From Phoronis australis (taxonomy: Eukaryota > Animalia > Phoronida), in assembly GCA_002633005.1 (NCBI GenBank), contig NMRA01000236.1:494861-558860 (forward strand): a DNA stretch of 64,000 nucleotides, in the 5' to 3' direction. Below, piece by piece: positions 39,401-52,472 of this stretch. Within the stretch, counting starts at the first letter, position 1, and every line of letters begins with the position of its first letter. Made by a program: the position numbers and the translations under genes. The notes below the pieces were generated by a model. It saw only the letters and a list, made by a program, of their open reading frames with translations, had not been told where the DNA came from and did no database searches.

Positions 39401-42400
39401 TGTTTCTTCACTTACCCAACTCAGCTCATAAATGCGCTTGCAGCTCTACCTTCCAAACACTATGTCAGCTATATAATACATGTTTCTACTCTCACAACAT
39501 GGAGAGTCATGTGGGAAATATGAACATTCATGCAGCTGAAAACTCACTGCACTTTCAGGCTCATCAGGTCACCAAGCTGCTCAAAAGGTGTCTCTGTCAT
39601 TGCTGCACTCTCAGTTGGCTCTGGCTCAGACGAAGAAAGTAATGCAAGCAGCTGTGAATTCTGATGCGTTCAAGTCTGGCAAGGTGGAGAAAGCTGTTGT
39701 TGATGTAAGAGATAGTCTTGTTGGTTTAAACATTAGCCATTCTGCTATAGACTGTGTTCATTTCAGTATGCATGCACCATTCTGCTATAGACTGTGTTCA
39801 TTTCAATATACATACATGCACCGTTCTGCTATAGACTGTCCATTTCAGTATATATACATGCACCATTCTGCTATAGACTATGTTCATTTCAGTATTCATA
39901 CATGCACCATTCTGCTATAGACTATGTTCATTTCAGCATACATACTTGCTCCATTCTGGTATAGACTGTCTGTTCATTATGCACCACTTTGCTATAGACT
40001 CTGTTCATTTCAGTATAAATACATGCACCATTCTGCTATAGACTGTCTGTTCATTTCAGTTTACATACATGCACCATTCTGCTATAGACTGTCTGTTCAA
40101 TCAGCATTCATACATGCACCATTCTGGTATAGACTGTGTTCATTATGCACTATTCTGCTATAGACTATGTTCATTTCAGTATAAATACATGCACCATTCT
40201 GCTATAGACTATCTGTTCATTTCAGTTTACATACATGCACCATATAGACTGTCTGTTCATATATATACATGCACCATTCTGCTATAGACTGTCCGTTCAT
40301 TTCAGTATACATACATGCACCATTCTGATTTAGACTGTCTGTTCATTTCAGTATACATACATGCATTAGTTGGCTTTCTGATTTAAGGGCTTTGACTCAG
40401 TTTGAAGTTGTTGGATTTTTTCAAAGTTTCATATTTTGTATTTTGAGCTTTGCCTTCTAAAAATCTGCAAAATGTGTGGTAATCACCGAAATGTACATGC
40501 CAAGTTATGGAAAAGTTACACCTAATTTTAGCAAATCATCCTTTTGAAAACGAATAAATTTCATTGTACTATATCAGATTTATGTTGTAATGTCTCAAAA
40601 AAAAATCAGCACAAAATCCACATGTTTCAGTTAAATCTGTTTTTTGAAATGAAAATTAGTTGCTGTTGTAAAACAACCATAAGAGATTGCTTGTGCTTTT
40701 TGGCAAATTGTGTTGACTGAAGTTGGACAATGTTCAATGTTTTTACACTCAGACTGTTCATTTCAGTACATGACGGCGTTTTCACGTTCAGTGATGTTAC
40801 CAGATGAAGGGGGTTCTGAGTGTGTGATTATATCTAGCTTCTTTGTTAACTGCCAAGCACAGTTTCTTGTCTGTTATGACAACAGGCATGCCAATTATCT
40901 ACCAAGCTTATTACAGACCATGTGTGAACACTGTCAAACACAGAGTGATTGGAAAGAAATTAGTATCATAAATTTGGTTGCAGTTGGGCGATTTTGGCGA
41001 TTCAAAAACTAAACATGATCACCATTTGACGAGGATTTCAGAAATGCTATTGGTTTTTGTTCAAATATGATATAACTTAACTTTTATTTTTAACAGAACA
41101 GCCCACTGAGGCGAGATGTGATCTTACTGAAGATTAGGACAATTATTGAACAAAAGAGCGCAGGCCCTCCAACCATAAATGCCAGAATGGAGTTAATCAG
41201 TCGTGCAAGATATTGGCTACGGGGTAAACTTCCCAACTTGTTGTTGGGCTATAGAATCGAACAAGTTAGGAGCAATGGGAAAACGCCGTAATGGTGAACT
41301 TGAACAATGTTCAATGTGTTTACACTTGGCCTTTCAGATAAATCTTACGTGGATAAAATCTCTCGTTAGGTATACCGTCATTCCCGTCCAGCCGGCATCT
41401 GTCAGGTGTCTGGCATCCGCTGCTCTATCTCCAAAATCGTTTGATGTGTGTTCATGAAATTTTGCGTGTTTGGTCCTTTTATGGATGGGACGGCATGAGC
41501 GAACTTTCAGACAGATCCGACTCTCGGTGCCCCCCTATAGGCAATTTTATTTTTTATCTTTACCTCTGTCAGCAGAGCTTTATCCAGGATTTCGAAAATG
41601 GGGTGTCCAAAATGGAGTTCCCAATATTCCAGGGCGTTCATGATTCCAATGGCGCGTTACACCCATATTTCACCAGTAATCCCCACACACACTACAGGGA
41701 GGTTTTTACAAAGAAAAATGTGTAAACCATGGCTCTTACATCATCCAAAAACAGCTCCCCTGTAGTGAGTCTTTTTATTGAAAACAGTGTGGACCAAAAC
41801 TTCTATGTCTAAATTTACGAAAACAGCCAAGTAGCTTACCAAACAAATATTACAGATATTGGTTGAACAATGAATGCACTATGTTTTTGGTGATCTCAAG
41901 TCAAATTGCTGTTATAAAGCTTATCCTATCATTTTAGCTAGCTGTAATGTTCTGTACAATAAATCATCAGAGCTTCAGTTACCAACACAATTATATTTTG
42001 GCAACAGGTGTCCCTGCATCTCCATATGAAAACATTAAAACGCACATTGAAAAGCATGAAACGGGCACAAACTAAAAATTCCAAATAGGTATATTCTTGT
42101 GGCACAATTTGGTATTAAACTAATGATAATTATTTCACTTTTGGTGTTTTTAAAAAAAGATGTAAAACATTAAACTACAGCTCTGAAACACCAGGTTGAA
42201 GTTAACCATGGTCCATGGATGTATATTAAGCACTGAATTTGTACTTGAGACGAGACCTCTGAAAGCAGAGACTACAGTGGAAGACACTTATTGATTAACC
42301 TGTCTTCTCAACACTTTGAACATTTTTAATACATTGTATATTTCTGAGTTGAAAGGGCCAACACTTGCCTCTTGAACTGACAGGAACTTTCATTAAAGTG

Positions 42401-45400
42401 GAGTCCTTGTGGTCTTACACTGTGGGTGTCCTAACTGGATGTATTTGACATATTTTGTTACTGTTTTCTAGTCTTTTTTTGGCATCCGACCCTCTATCAA
42501 CCAAACCACTCCAAGGATGATTTTGAAAATTGGTGTTGATGTTACTTTCTACAGCTGAAGATGATTTTCAGATGACTCAGAGTACTTTGGCGCCTCCTTG
42601 TGGCAGTTTTTTGTGTCTATGACTGAGTTTTTTGTGTCTATGGGTGTATCTCTCAAACCCTCTGCAGTATCTTTATTAAATTTGGACAGTGTATTTATAT
42701 GAAGTTGAAAACAGACGACGACATTTGGATGGATCCCCTAGTGGCAGTTTTATTATTTTGTCATTGTTCTGTGTCTATCACACCGCCATAGTACAGCCCA
42801 AGTTTCTACTGAAATGCTCCTGTTACGTTTGTCATCATAAAATAGTCAGGTGATGAGGAAATACACCTGTTATGTTTACCATGTCCGCCTGAATTGGTAG
42901 TCCTAGACAGATCTCACAGGGCCGGTCAATGGGCATCTGTTTAATTCAATATATTATATTGCCTTTTAATGAACCTTTCTGTACCTTGTTGTTGCAGGTG
43001 ACTCAGGCTGAGCTGCAAAGGCTTATCAATTTGTCAACATCAGTAGAGAAGTGCTTGCCGTATGAAGACCCTCGACTCCTGCATATTGTAGTATATATAA
43101 TGTACATCAACCCTGACTGCTGCAGGACACAGGCATTAGTTAGGGTACTGCTTGACCATTTTGCTCTTCTCGGCCACACTCATGGCCACGACAGGTTAAG
43201 TAACGACTTTTCTCTCGCTCATTAAAGCTATGAAGGGTTAGTTTTATATGATATTGGTTATAAACTTTTTGTTTTCCCGTTTTTTTGTTTTTTTTTTTCA
43301 TTGCTGGACATGTTTCTGAAAGACTGTTAAGTCTCCTGTACAACTTTCCTGGGCAGGGTTTTGTCAGCGACTGACTCTGATAGTCTTAGAACTTTTCATT
43401 TTGGAGAAAAGCGAATTGCTTGTGAATTACCTATTAATAAAAATTTGAGTCTTTTATCTATTTGATAAGAATGTGGGTGCATCTTTGTAGCGCTGGTATA
43501 TCTCCAAAACCCCTGTATAGATATTGGTGACATTTTTGTAGACATGTTTCTATCATTGATGAGATGGCTCGTGCAAATTTTCAGACAAATATAACTACCA
43601 CTGTGTCTTAGAGTGGACCTACTTAAAAATTGGTATTATGTGTTCCTGTTGAGGAGAGTACAACAGCATGATGTTTTAAGTTTTTTGTTACGAGTCCAGT
43701 TGCTGTGGTGGCCCCTGGTGGCAATTTTCATTTTCTAAAATTGTGATCCTATTGAGGAGAGAATGATTGATTATTGCTGATTTTCGAACAGATCCAATAT
43801 CTGTGACTCCCCCAATCGGCAGTTTTGTTTTTTGATCCTGCCTCAATACATGCATCTTCCAAGTTTCTTGACGGATCTTCATTTAATGTGGTTCCTATCA
43901 TTAGTGTATCACTGTAACAGCTCCAGTAATATGAACATTAATTTTGTATTACATTAATAGTATTTCTAGAGTGTCCTTAATTATAGATCTGTTAGTTTTG
44001 CTCATAAATTTTCAAATGAACACAATGTTCCTGACTGTTTGTTTCATTATAATTACTCTTTTCCACTCTACTATTTGGATTTAATAATTTGTGTGCCTCC
44101 AAAAAGTTTTATTATTTATTTTACTTTACTTTATTTTTTCTGTTTAGTAACAGTTCAGCGTTTGTCAAGATAGTCAAAGTAAAATTAGAAGAGACTCTTA
44201 AACTACAATCACAAGATGATCTCCGTTTATACAAGGTATGTGAAATTAATGATCTGTTTTTCTATAAATGAGATTACGGCCAAGTTCTGAATTGAGCCTC
44301 CTTGTTTAGAACTTATGGCATTGTGACATCAGAAAATAATTGGAACAAACTTAAGTTAACAAATAATGAACAACTGGAATCTTTTGTATTATTTTTGAAA
44401 GCATTATCGTTGGCCAATTTGTGTTATTACATGGGATATCTTTACTGGCCACCTGTTCCTATTGCGTAATTATATTACAGGTTTGGCACGAGAATTACAG
44501 TCGTTTCAGAAAGGCCACTCACCTGTTTCTACACGCGCTTTCGCTATTCCATGATAAAAAGTAAGTAGATCGCTTAAAGAATAAGTGATGAGTTCTATCG
44601 TCCGATGAAACACACATGCAGAATAATCTGAAGGATGCAATTTGCTGATTTGATGATAATTTCATTTAAAAACAAATATTCTTGTCATGAGCACTGGCAT
44701 TTTTACTGTCTTGACAGATTTCTTTTGTCGAGACCTGGGCTGTCACATCAAGTGCCGTGCTAGTTGCTATAATTCTTGTCTTTAAAGTCCTTGCAAACTG
44801 CCCATGTGGTTCCAGTATCCGAAAATACTTATAACATAAATTCTTATTTTCGACACCCTTTCTTTATATTCTTTTCGCCTTTCTTGCCAAAAGCGATTTT
44901 TGACAGTATTTGACCATTCTCTCCGAGCGTATGATTACCGGTTGTCATCAGTTATTTCCGTACCCGCATTTCTGGCTCATCAGTTCAGGAACTTGTCCTG
45001 AACGCTGCCATTTTTTCCTTGTAACTGAATGTGCTATGGCTTGCTCGAAAAGCCTTCATTATTTTGTTTTATTAGTAATATATCGTGATTCGTTTGCATA
45101 TGTAGTGTATTTATAGTTTGTAGTTAGTGGTCGTTGATTTTTTTTTTGGAATGTTACGCGTACTTAGTATGTTAAAATAGCATTGGTGTTTAGTTCCTTA
45201 CGTAGGCGGGTTGAACCTAGGAACCAATATGGGTCGAACCAATTTTTTTTTGGTTTTATTTTTTTCCTCGTTTTGAAAAAGTACTTTGCTATCATCGGAA
45301 AGGTAGTATATTCTACTCAGTAAAAATCGAAAAAGTATCAAAATCGGGGCAAGCACTGTAAAGTTATTGCAAGTTTTGTGGCGAAATTTGGGTCACTTTG

Positions 45401-48400
45401 TTTGGATCGCGTCGGCCATATTGGAGGACAGCGGGATGAGTTACGAGTTTAAAACTTTGTGTAAATTGTTTTCGCCAACAAATTACGGTGAAATTTAGTT
45501 AGACATATCTTTACTTANTTTCTCTCGCTCATTAAAGCTATGAAGGGTTAGTTTTATATGATATTGGTTATAGACTTTTTGTTTTCCCGTTTTTTTGTGT
45601 TTTTTTTTCATTGCTGGACATGTTTCTGAAGGACTGTTAAGTCTCCTGTACAACTTTCCTGGGCAGGGTTTTGTCAGCGACTGACTCTGATAGTCTTAGA
45701 ACTTTTCATTTTGGAGAAAAGCGAATTGCTTGTGAATTACTTATTAATAAAAATTTGAATCTTTTATCTATTTTATAAGAATGTGGGTGCATCTTTGTAG
45801 CGCTGGTATATCTCCAAAACCCCTGTATAGATATTGGTGACATTTTTGTAGGCATGTTTGTATCATAGATGAGATGGCTTGTGCAAATTTTCAGACAAAT
45901 ATAACTACCACTGTGTCCTAGAGTGGACCTACTTAAAAATTGGTATTGTGTGTTCCTGTTGAGGAGAGTACAACAGCATGATGTTTTAAAATTTTTGTTA
46001 CGAGTCCAGTTGCTGTGGTGGCCCCTGGTGGCAATTTTCATTTTCTAAAATTGTGATCCTATTGAGGAGGGAATGATTGATTATTGCTGATTTTTGAACA
46101 GATCCAATATCTGTGACTCCCCCAATCGGCAGTTTTGTTTTTTGATCCTGCCTCAATACATACATCTTCCAAGTTTCTTGACGGATCTTCATTTAATGTG
46201 GTTCCTATCATTATTGTATCACTGTAACAGCTCCAGTAATATGAACATTAATTTTGTATTACATTAATAGTATTTCTAGAGTGTCCTTAATTATAGATCT
46301 TTTAGTTTTGCTCATAAATTTTCAACTAAATACAATGTTCCTGACAGTTTGTTTCATTATTACTCTTTTCCACTCTACTATCTCGATTTAATAATTTGTG
46401 TGCCTCCAAAAAGTTTTATTATTTATTTTACTTTACTTTATTTTTTCTGTTTAGTAACAGTTCAGCGTTTATCAAGATAGTCAAAGTAAAATTAGAAGAG
46501 ACTCTTAAACTACAATCACAAGATGATCTCCATTTATACAAGGTATGTGAAATTAATGATCTGTTTTTCTATAAATGAGATTACGGCCAAGTTCTGAATT
46601 GAGCCTCCTTGTTTAGAACTTTTGGCATTGTGACATCAGAAAGTAATTGGAACAAACTGAAGTTAACAAATAATGAACAACTGGAATCTTTTGTGTTATT
46701 TTTGAAAGTATTATCGTTGGCCAATTTGTGTTATTAATTTTACTGGCCACCTGTTCCTATTGCATAATTATATTACAGGTTTGGCACGAGAATTACAGTC
46801 GTTTCAGAAAGGCCACTCACCTGTTTCTACACGCGCTTTCGCTATTCCATGATAAAAAGTAAGTAGATCGCTTAAAGAATAAGTGACGAGTTCTATCGTC
46901 TGACATCAGATGAAACACACATGCAGAATAATCTCTTTGTAAGTGGTTGAAGGATGCACTTTGCTGATTTGATGATAATTTCATTTACAAACAAATATTC
47001 TTGTCATGAGCACTGGCATTTTTACTGTCTTGACAAGACCTGGGCTGTCACATCAAGTGCCGTGCTAGTTGCTATTATTCTTGTCTTCATCATGTCTATC
47101 AGGAGAGTCACGTGGGCTGTTTCCCTTTTTTACACTGTTGTTGTTTTTGAAAGATGTTACGTTTGCAAAATAAGAGATTACTAATGGAGGGCTGACAACT
47201 CTTACCATTTTATCTGTATTCTACGTTTTTCAAAGGCCTAAAAATCTATGAGTTTTCAAATGTTATGAAGTTTTAGCATTTGTTTCTCACGGAAAAAAAT
47301 CAGATGGAAATGATCGATAATGCAAGATTGACTAATAAGATGTATCTCGCGTACCAATGTGTATAATGTAATTTGTGTTGGAAATTTCCCTTTTGTGATT
47401 GGTCAGTTGCAGTTTTGTGAAGGACACGCTTGGTTTAGCACTGTGGGATATCATATTAAGATATGGAGAGCGAAATTTTGGAGACAAGTATACTGAGGAA
47501 TTAGATAACATTTGGAAATTTACAAAACAAGAAATGAAATTCACCATGTTTCATCATGCTCATTTCAACTGTGAGAACTCTGGGGCCTACAACTGCGGCA
47601 TGGATCAGGAATTACGAGATATCAAGATTTTTGGGACCGTGGTAGTGTGGGAAGAAATCAGTTGTGCCGACAGCAAAAGCCAAAAACCATAGATGTAATG
47701 AGATGAATTTTTTACATAATGTTGCTTTTTTAGTTAGACATGGTTTGAAATTTGTTGCTTTGGTGTGTATCATTTCATCTTGCGATTGAAATTTTAACTT
47801 TCTGAAAAAGTGAAACATTGCACAATACCGATATTTAAAATGAATGTTACAGATTGTGTGTTCAATTGATTGGCTGCGTTGCTAATGTTGCCATTATATA
47901 AGCAAGGAATTTGAAGTGCTTTGCTGTGCGTCACTATGGTCTCTTGTATAGTGGCTACACTCTGGCCTACTGTTTCAGGTACCAGGAAGCATTGCCCAAC
48001 TTTCTGCATGCGTGCATCATAAATCAGACACTGGTGAGAGAGAGCTCCAAAAGGGGTCTCCACCAACACCTACTGGCATACTTCAGGAGACAGTGTGTAC
48101 TGGTATGTAGTCAAATGTGTGAGTGTTTGAGTGCAAGGTGAGTGAGAGTATAAGGATGTGTGGGGGGTGAAAAAGATTGTCGCCAGCGTCTCCTCCAACA
48201 TTGGATCCTGTAGGGAGGGTGTTTTGGTGGATGTGCAAATGATATCGGGGAGGGGTCTGCGCAAGCACCTGCTGATCATCACTTTTGTAATATGCTGTCT
48301 CCTAGTTCTCAGTGTACAAATCATTTGGTGATAAAGGTTTTGTGCCTGTGTCACATGTGTTACATTGTTTGATTTTTCTCTCTCATCAACTTGGTGTTGA

Positions 48401-50299
48401 ACCAGTTTCATTGTGTTTCAGCACCTCAACGAGCACGCGGCTTCCAAATTTGAGAATGGAAAAGAGGTGGGTGAGACCCTGTCCATGATGTCAGAGGTCG
48501 TCTTACCCTGTCTAGTACAGCTGATCAAGTCTGGATCACCGGAAGACGAGAGCACTGTTGATGAAATCCGTCAGAAGTGGTGTTCCTTCCTGGCTCAGGA
48601 TTTACAGAGTGAGCACTGGCCCCTGTAAAGGGAATGTTACTTTCTCTGTTGGTGCTTTGTGTCATTTTGGTATTTTCAGTTAACAAATTAAAGTTAACAA
48701 ATTTCAAGCCATAAGTGTGATACAACACTGTGTGGCGGTCTGGCTGAGTTGCTGTTGTACTCGTTTTGCTTTTTTCTGGCATTATTGCTCATTGCCGAAG
48801 GCAAGTTGTGAAAAAAGCAATGGGGCATAATGTGTTGATTGCCTGCCTCCTGTTCAAGGTCGAATGCCACTGAACCCCACTGTCAAACCCTCAGCTCGGT
48901 ATTAGTTTGAATGTGTATTCGTCTGAATGTGTTATTTGTATATGTTTGATAAATGAAATATGGATTCAGTTGTTTAGTGCAATTGGCCCGGCTGAGCTGT
49001 CAGGGTACTTCTGATGCAACATGCTTCAGACTGCCTGCAGTTAGACTAATTTTCATGTGTCAGACATTTCGATCATTGAGCACAGCTGTCAGAACGGAAG
49101 AGCAAGGGAACACAGGTTGAGCACACCCACTGGTGTTTTTCAAACTGCCGGGCTATGCAATGCATCTCCTGTTTTGGTTTAGATAAAATAGACCAAGCAG
49201 TTTCAAAATTTTGCTCATGTAATTTTGTAAAGCAAACCAAAGTGATTAAAGAGTAACACTTGATTTCTCTTAAATGTTATGGAGGCCATTATCAACAAGG
49301 TTGACTGTGCATTCAGCTGAACATCTGCAAAACTACAGAATTTTAATCATTTAGACAAGAAATGTATATTTTAAAAATGTCTCAAAGCTTATTATGTTAC
49401 TTGATTTTTGACTTTGTACCTGCCTGTCATTGATTGAGTCATCTGTCTTTTTAGTAACGTTTAGGTAGACAAAAGTAATCAGACAAAATATCGTTTTCCC
49501 TGTATGATGGATAATTCTATTAACCCAAGCATTTCTTGTAGCAACTGTTAGCATGGCAAAATTTTTATTGTAAAGTGCCTTCACCTCTTTGCTAACTTTC
49601 CTGCAAATCTCCCTTCATTCTCGGTCATGAGGGAAAACTGCCCTGACGATGAATTTGGCCTCCGCTCAGCTATCATGATAGGGAATTCAAGGTCATTTTG
49701 TCTGAATACTTTTGGCTTGTACACTACATGTAGTGCGTTGGTCGTACACTACATGTAGTGCGTTGGTTGTACACTATATGTAGTGCGTTGGTTGTACACT
49801 ACATGTAGTGCGTTGGTTGTACACTACATGTAGTGCGTTGGTCGTACAATACATGTAGTGCGTTGGTTGTACACTACATGTAGTGCGTTGGTTGTACACT
49901 ACATGTAGTGCGTTGGTTGTACACTACATGTAGTGCGTTGGTTGTACACTACATGTAGTGCGTTGGTCATAGCCAGTGAACATAGGATGTGAATGTGATC
50001 CTTACAAGTCTGAGTCTACCAAATCGAGTATGTTTTGTATTATGAAGGAACCTTTAGGATGACCCACTGTGTTTTGTAATAATAATATTAATGGCAATAA
50101 TAACAATAATTTTGCAGGTGTTCAACAGGAGAAGCTGCAGGACTTCCTGTCCAAACTGCTGGATATTCCGAGTGACGTGCGCATCAAAATGCCAGCTGTT
50201 CAGAATCTACCAGAGCCGGCGAACATGCCAGAGACTTATAAGATAAGGCTTGCCCTGGCCAACGAGCATGGTTATGAGGTTGAACGTCTCGAGAGTTAA
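27450..50299 (+). CDS. USP25: Ubiquitin carboxyl-terminal hydrolase USP25/USP28 family, 5'-partial (18 coding exons in window)
   Basis: Phase-consistent exons: 27450-27530 ([15 protein letters not shown]), 29543-29692 ([19 protein letters not shown]), 30227-30348 ([17 protein letters not shown]), 30832-30935 (NPVKQMFYG), 32069-32214 (FGQFPLQV), 32429-32556 ([27 protein letters not shown]), 33501-33728 (YGSG..FPL), 35908-36140 ([10 protein letters not shown]), 37022-37092, 37780-38011 (His box [32 protein letters not shown]), 38678/84-38890, 39559-39704, 42998-43194 (EDPRL), 44148/54-44235, 44481-44560 (WHENYSRFR), 47979-48102, 48422-48608 (RQKWCSFL), 50118-50299 ([12 protein letters not shown]). 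Probably co-orthologous to vertebrate USP25 and USP28. Confidence 0.95.
31090..31173. repeat. 43-bp tandem duplication
   Basis: agaacagaataccataacatgagagtg.tc.cttcattacc at 31090 and 31133. Confidence 0.85.
32606..32800 (+). mobile_element. Tc1/mariner-like terminal fragment; inverted copy at about 49540-49717
   Basis: Starts TACAGTTGTAGCCAAAAGTATTCGGACAAAATGACCTTG. The reverse complement caaggtcattttgtctgaatacttttggct lies at 49688-49717. Confidence 0.65.
35189..35357 (+). other. Exact 169-bp copy of USP exon sequence 38717-38885, flanked by 78-bp direct repeats
   Basis: Identical to 38717-38885 ([20 protein letters not shown]). Direct repeats at 35114-35191 and 35355-35432. Confidence 0.95.
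35573..35715. repeat. 16-bp degenerate tandem array, 9 copies
   Basis: Consensus ttactagtgatcattt, with exact 16-nt spacing from 35573 to 35701. Confidence 0.9.
39737..40365. repeat. Variable-unit minisatellite (about 33-46 bp, about 15 copies)
   Basis: Consensus ccattctgctatagactgt(ct)gttcatttcagtatacatacatgca. Starts 33 nt after a USP exon donor. Confidence 0.92.
45519..47087 (+). repeat. Near-identical second copy of 43209-44782, including USP exons 46455/61-46542 and 46779-46858 (probable uncollapsed allele)
   Basis: Begins immediately after the N at 45518. Differs from the first copy by scattered SNPs and short indels. Confidence 0.9.
49720..49968. repeat. 25-bp minisatellite, 10 copies, each with a 14-bp palindrome
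   Basis: Unit tacactacatgtagtgcgttggttg. CACTACATGTAGTG is self-complementary. Confidence 0.95.
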
Positions 50300-52080
50300 C
50301 ACTGGGCATCAACTTAAGTGGCATCAGGAGTTGTTTTGTAGAATTTTGATCTAAGTATTAAAGCTGCTGAGTATGGTAAAGTTTCCTCAAATTCGAATAA
50401 AAGTAATAGGAATAATTGCAAGAATTGATTTTTTTCAAATGTTCACTGTATTGCTAAAAAAGTCCTAAATTTCGTCATATTAGTTGATGGCACCTGTAGT
50501 ATATAAGTGAAATTCTCTTCTTGTTTACTCTTGTTGAAAAACTGATGAAATAAAATTTTACTGTTACGCCATGTCTATCTTGAAGATTCTTTACCATACG
50601 TGCTTTCTGTTAAAAAGTATTAATTTTTGCTTTAGGCTCTTTACTGTACCATTATACAGTTGGTCTTGACCTATTTCTACACAGATTGGAAGTAATTTCA
50701 GCGCTTGGGAAAAAGTCCATCAGATCATTATTGCTGGATGCTGGAAAGCATGCTCTATAGGTCACGTTGATAGGTTTTGTATCATTTTACACTCCCAAAG
50801 ACCATGTTTGGTACCATAATTAACCCAGAGTGCAAGTTCCTAGCAGCTGTAGGTTTTGTGTGTGTAATTAGGGAGACAATTGGCTTCTTTATTCATTGGT
50901 GCGCTTGCACTGTTGTATCTTATCAGAGATGAGGCTATAATTGTGATTCAAAAGGAACTATTAATGTTAAGGTGTCGCATATAATATTTGAATTTTAATT
51001 CAGCTCCAGGATTGGAGTGAGTAAATGACCGAATGAATATTAAAATGTCTAAAGTTAGCTCCATCTGTTGGGTGTATGTTAAGTACAGCTCTGTTAAGTA
51101 ATAGTCTTCCTGTGTTACCAACTATGAAATTTCTTTAATAACCCTTAGTTCTATTACACTATGTGTTTTCAAAATCATTGATGATCAAAGAATCCACTTG
51201 AGAGCATTTTTTTCTCAAAATTCGTGATTTTTCATAGAGATTCATTATGTATTTTCTACAAACAAGAATTTTTGTATGAAATCCACAAACTCTGTTTCTT
51301 TACTATATTTGCCACAAACGTATCCCTGGGATATTTGTTTAAAGTCGTTTATCCCTAGGGCTTAAGGAATATTGGTGTCTTCATTTTTAACTGCGCAGTT
51401 CTCGGTCTTAAAAGAAAATCGCAGGCACACTTGTGTAGGTAACAGAATAAAGAAACAGAATTCCAGTTTCATGCAGAAAAAATCGTGTTTGTGGAAATAT
51501 GTCTGTTCAGGTTTGCACCGAAGTTCAGTTGTTCAATCGGCCCGTAATTTTCTAAAAATTTTAAGCACCCGTCTTCAGTTGTGCTCTGCTTAAAACTCAT
51601 CCACAATCAAAATAATGTCATCATTTACCTGTTTTGTGGCTGTGTTGCTACAGCTCAAAGACAATTAGAAGTGGGTTTTGTCACCTGAAAGTGTTGGCCA
51701 AAAATGTGCGTATTATGTTTTTATTGACATTTGAGGACAATGTGTAGCTTTGCAAGTCAAGTGCTCAAGTCTGTTTTATGTTCATTTTTGTACTGTTTAT
51801 TATTTTTATTAATTTATTTTTTATTTATTGTCTCCTGTTTCACTTGGGATCTTCTGTTTTTGTGCACTTTCATTAAGTACCCTGCTTATATACACGTCGC
51901 CATTGAAGACAAAACGGTCTAGGCAACGACTGCCATGAGAAATATACCATAAAAAGATTTCACTTGAGCTTCTGTCACTTGGGATTGAAAGCTTGAGGCC
52001 CCTCGTGGATCTGCCATTGTTAACACAGAAATGTAATTATAATAAATCCTGTTGTCATCACATCCAGTTCCTTTTAGATT

Positions 52081-52472
52081 TAAAAATCTTTTGGTGAAAA
52101 TTCACCAACCTCGAGCCTGTTTACATTCGACACATCATTTTGGTTGGTCGTTTTAGGTGCTGCAGTGTTTTTAAAAATGAGCGCTTGGATGTTACAGTCA
52201 TGAAGGGCACTTGCATATTTCGTGGCAGATGTCACTGGTACAGTCATGTACGCACCTGCATATTTCCTGGCAGGTGTCAGTGATACACTTGGTGGGCACT
52301 TGCATATTTCCTGGCAGATGTCAGATTTTGAAACAAGTGCACTTCTTGAGTGCACCCGATAGGGATGCCCGTTTGCTTTAATGCCTGAAGTTTGCCAAAA
52401 AAATGACCGATTGAAGAGATGTGCCAATGTAAATAGGCTAGAGGTTAGGTGTAAATATACAAAGAGATTTTA
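52081..52472. mobile_element. MITE with about 47-bp degenerate TIRs and three internal about 28-bp direct repeats
   Basis: Left end ..aacctcgagcctgtttacatt versus right end aatgtaaataggctagaggtt... Internal gcacttgcatatttcctggcagatgtca at 52207, 52252 and 52296. Confidence 0.65.

Noticed and set aside
39705-40365. His/Cys-rich ORFs (MHHSAIDC repeats)
   Set aside because: Translation of an intronic minisatellite with frame-breaking unit lengths.
46455-46858. Duplicated USP exons as genuine mutually exclusive exons
   Set aside because: The flanking introns are as similar as the exons and the copy starts at an N join, so an uncollapsed allele is more likely.
49720-49968. CRISPR-like array of palindromic repeats (also considered 5263-5416, 10032-10230 and 52207-52323)
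   Set aside because: Units are contiguous with no unique spacers of CRISPR length, there are no cas genes, and the context is eukaryotic and intronic.
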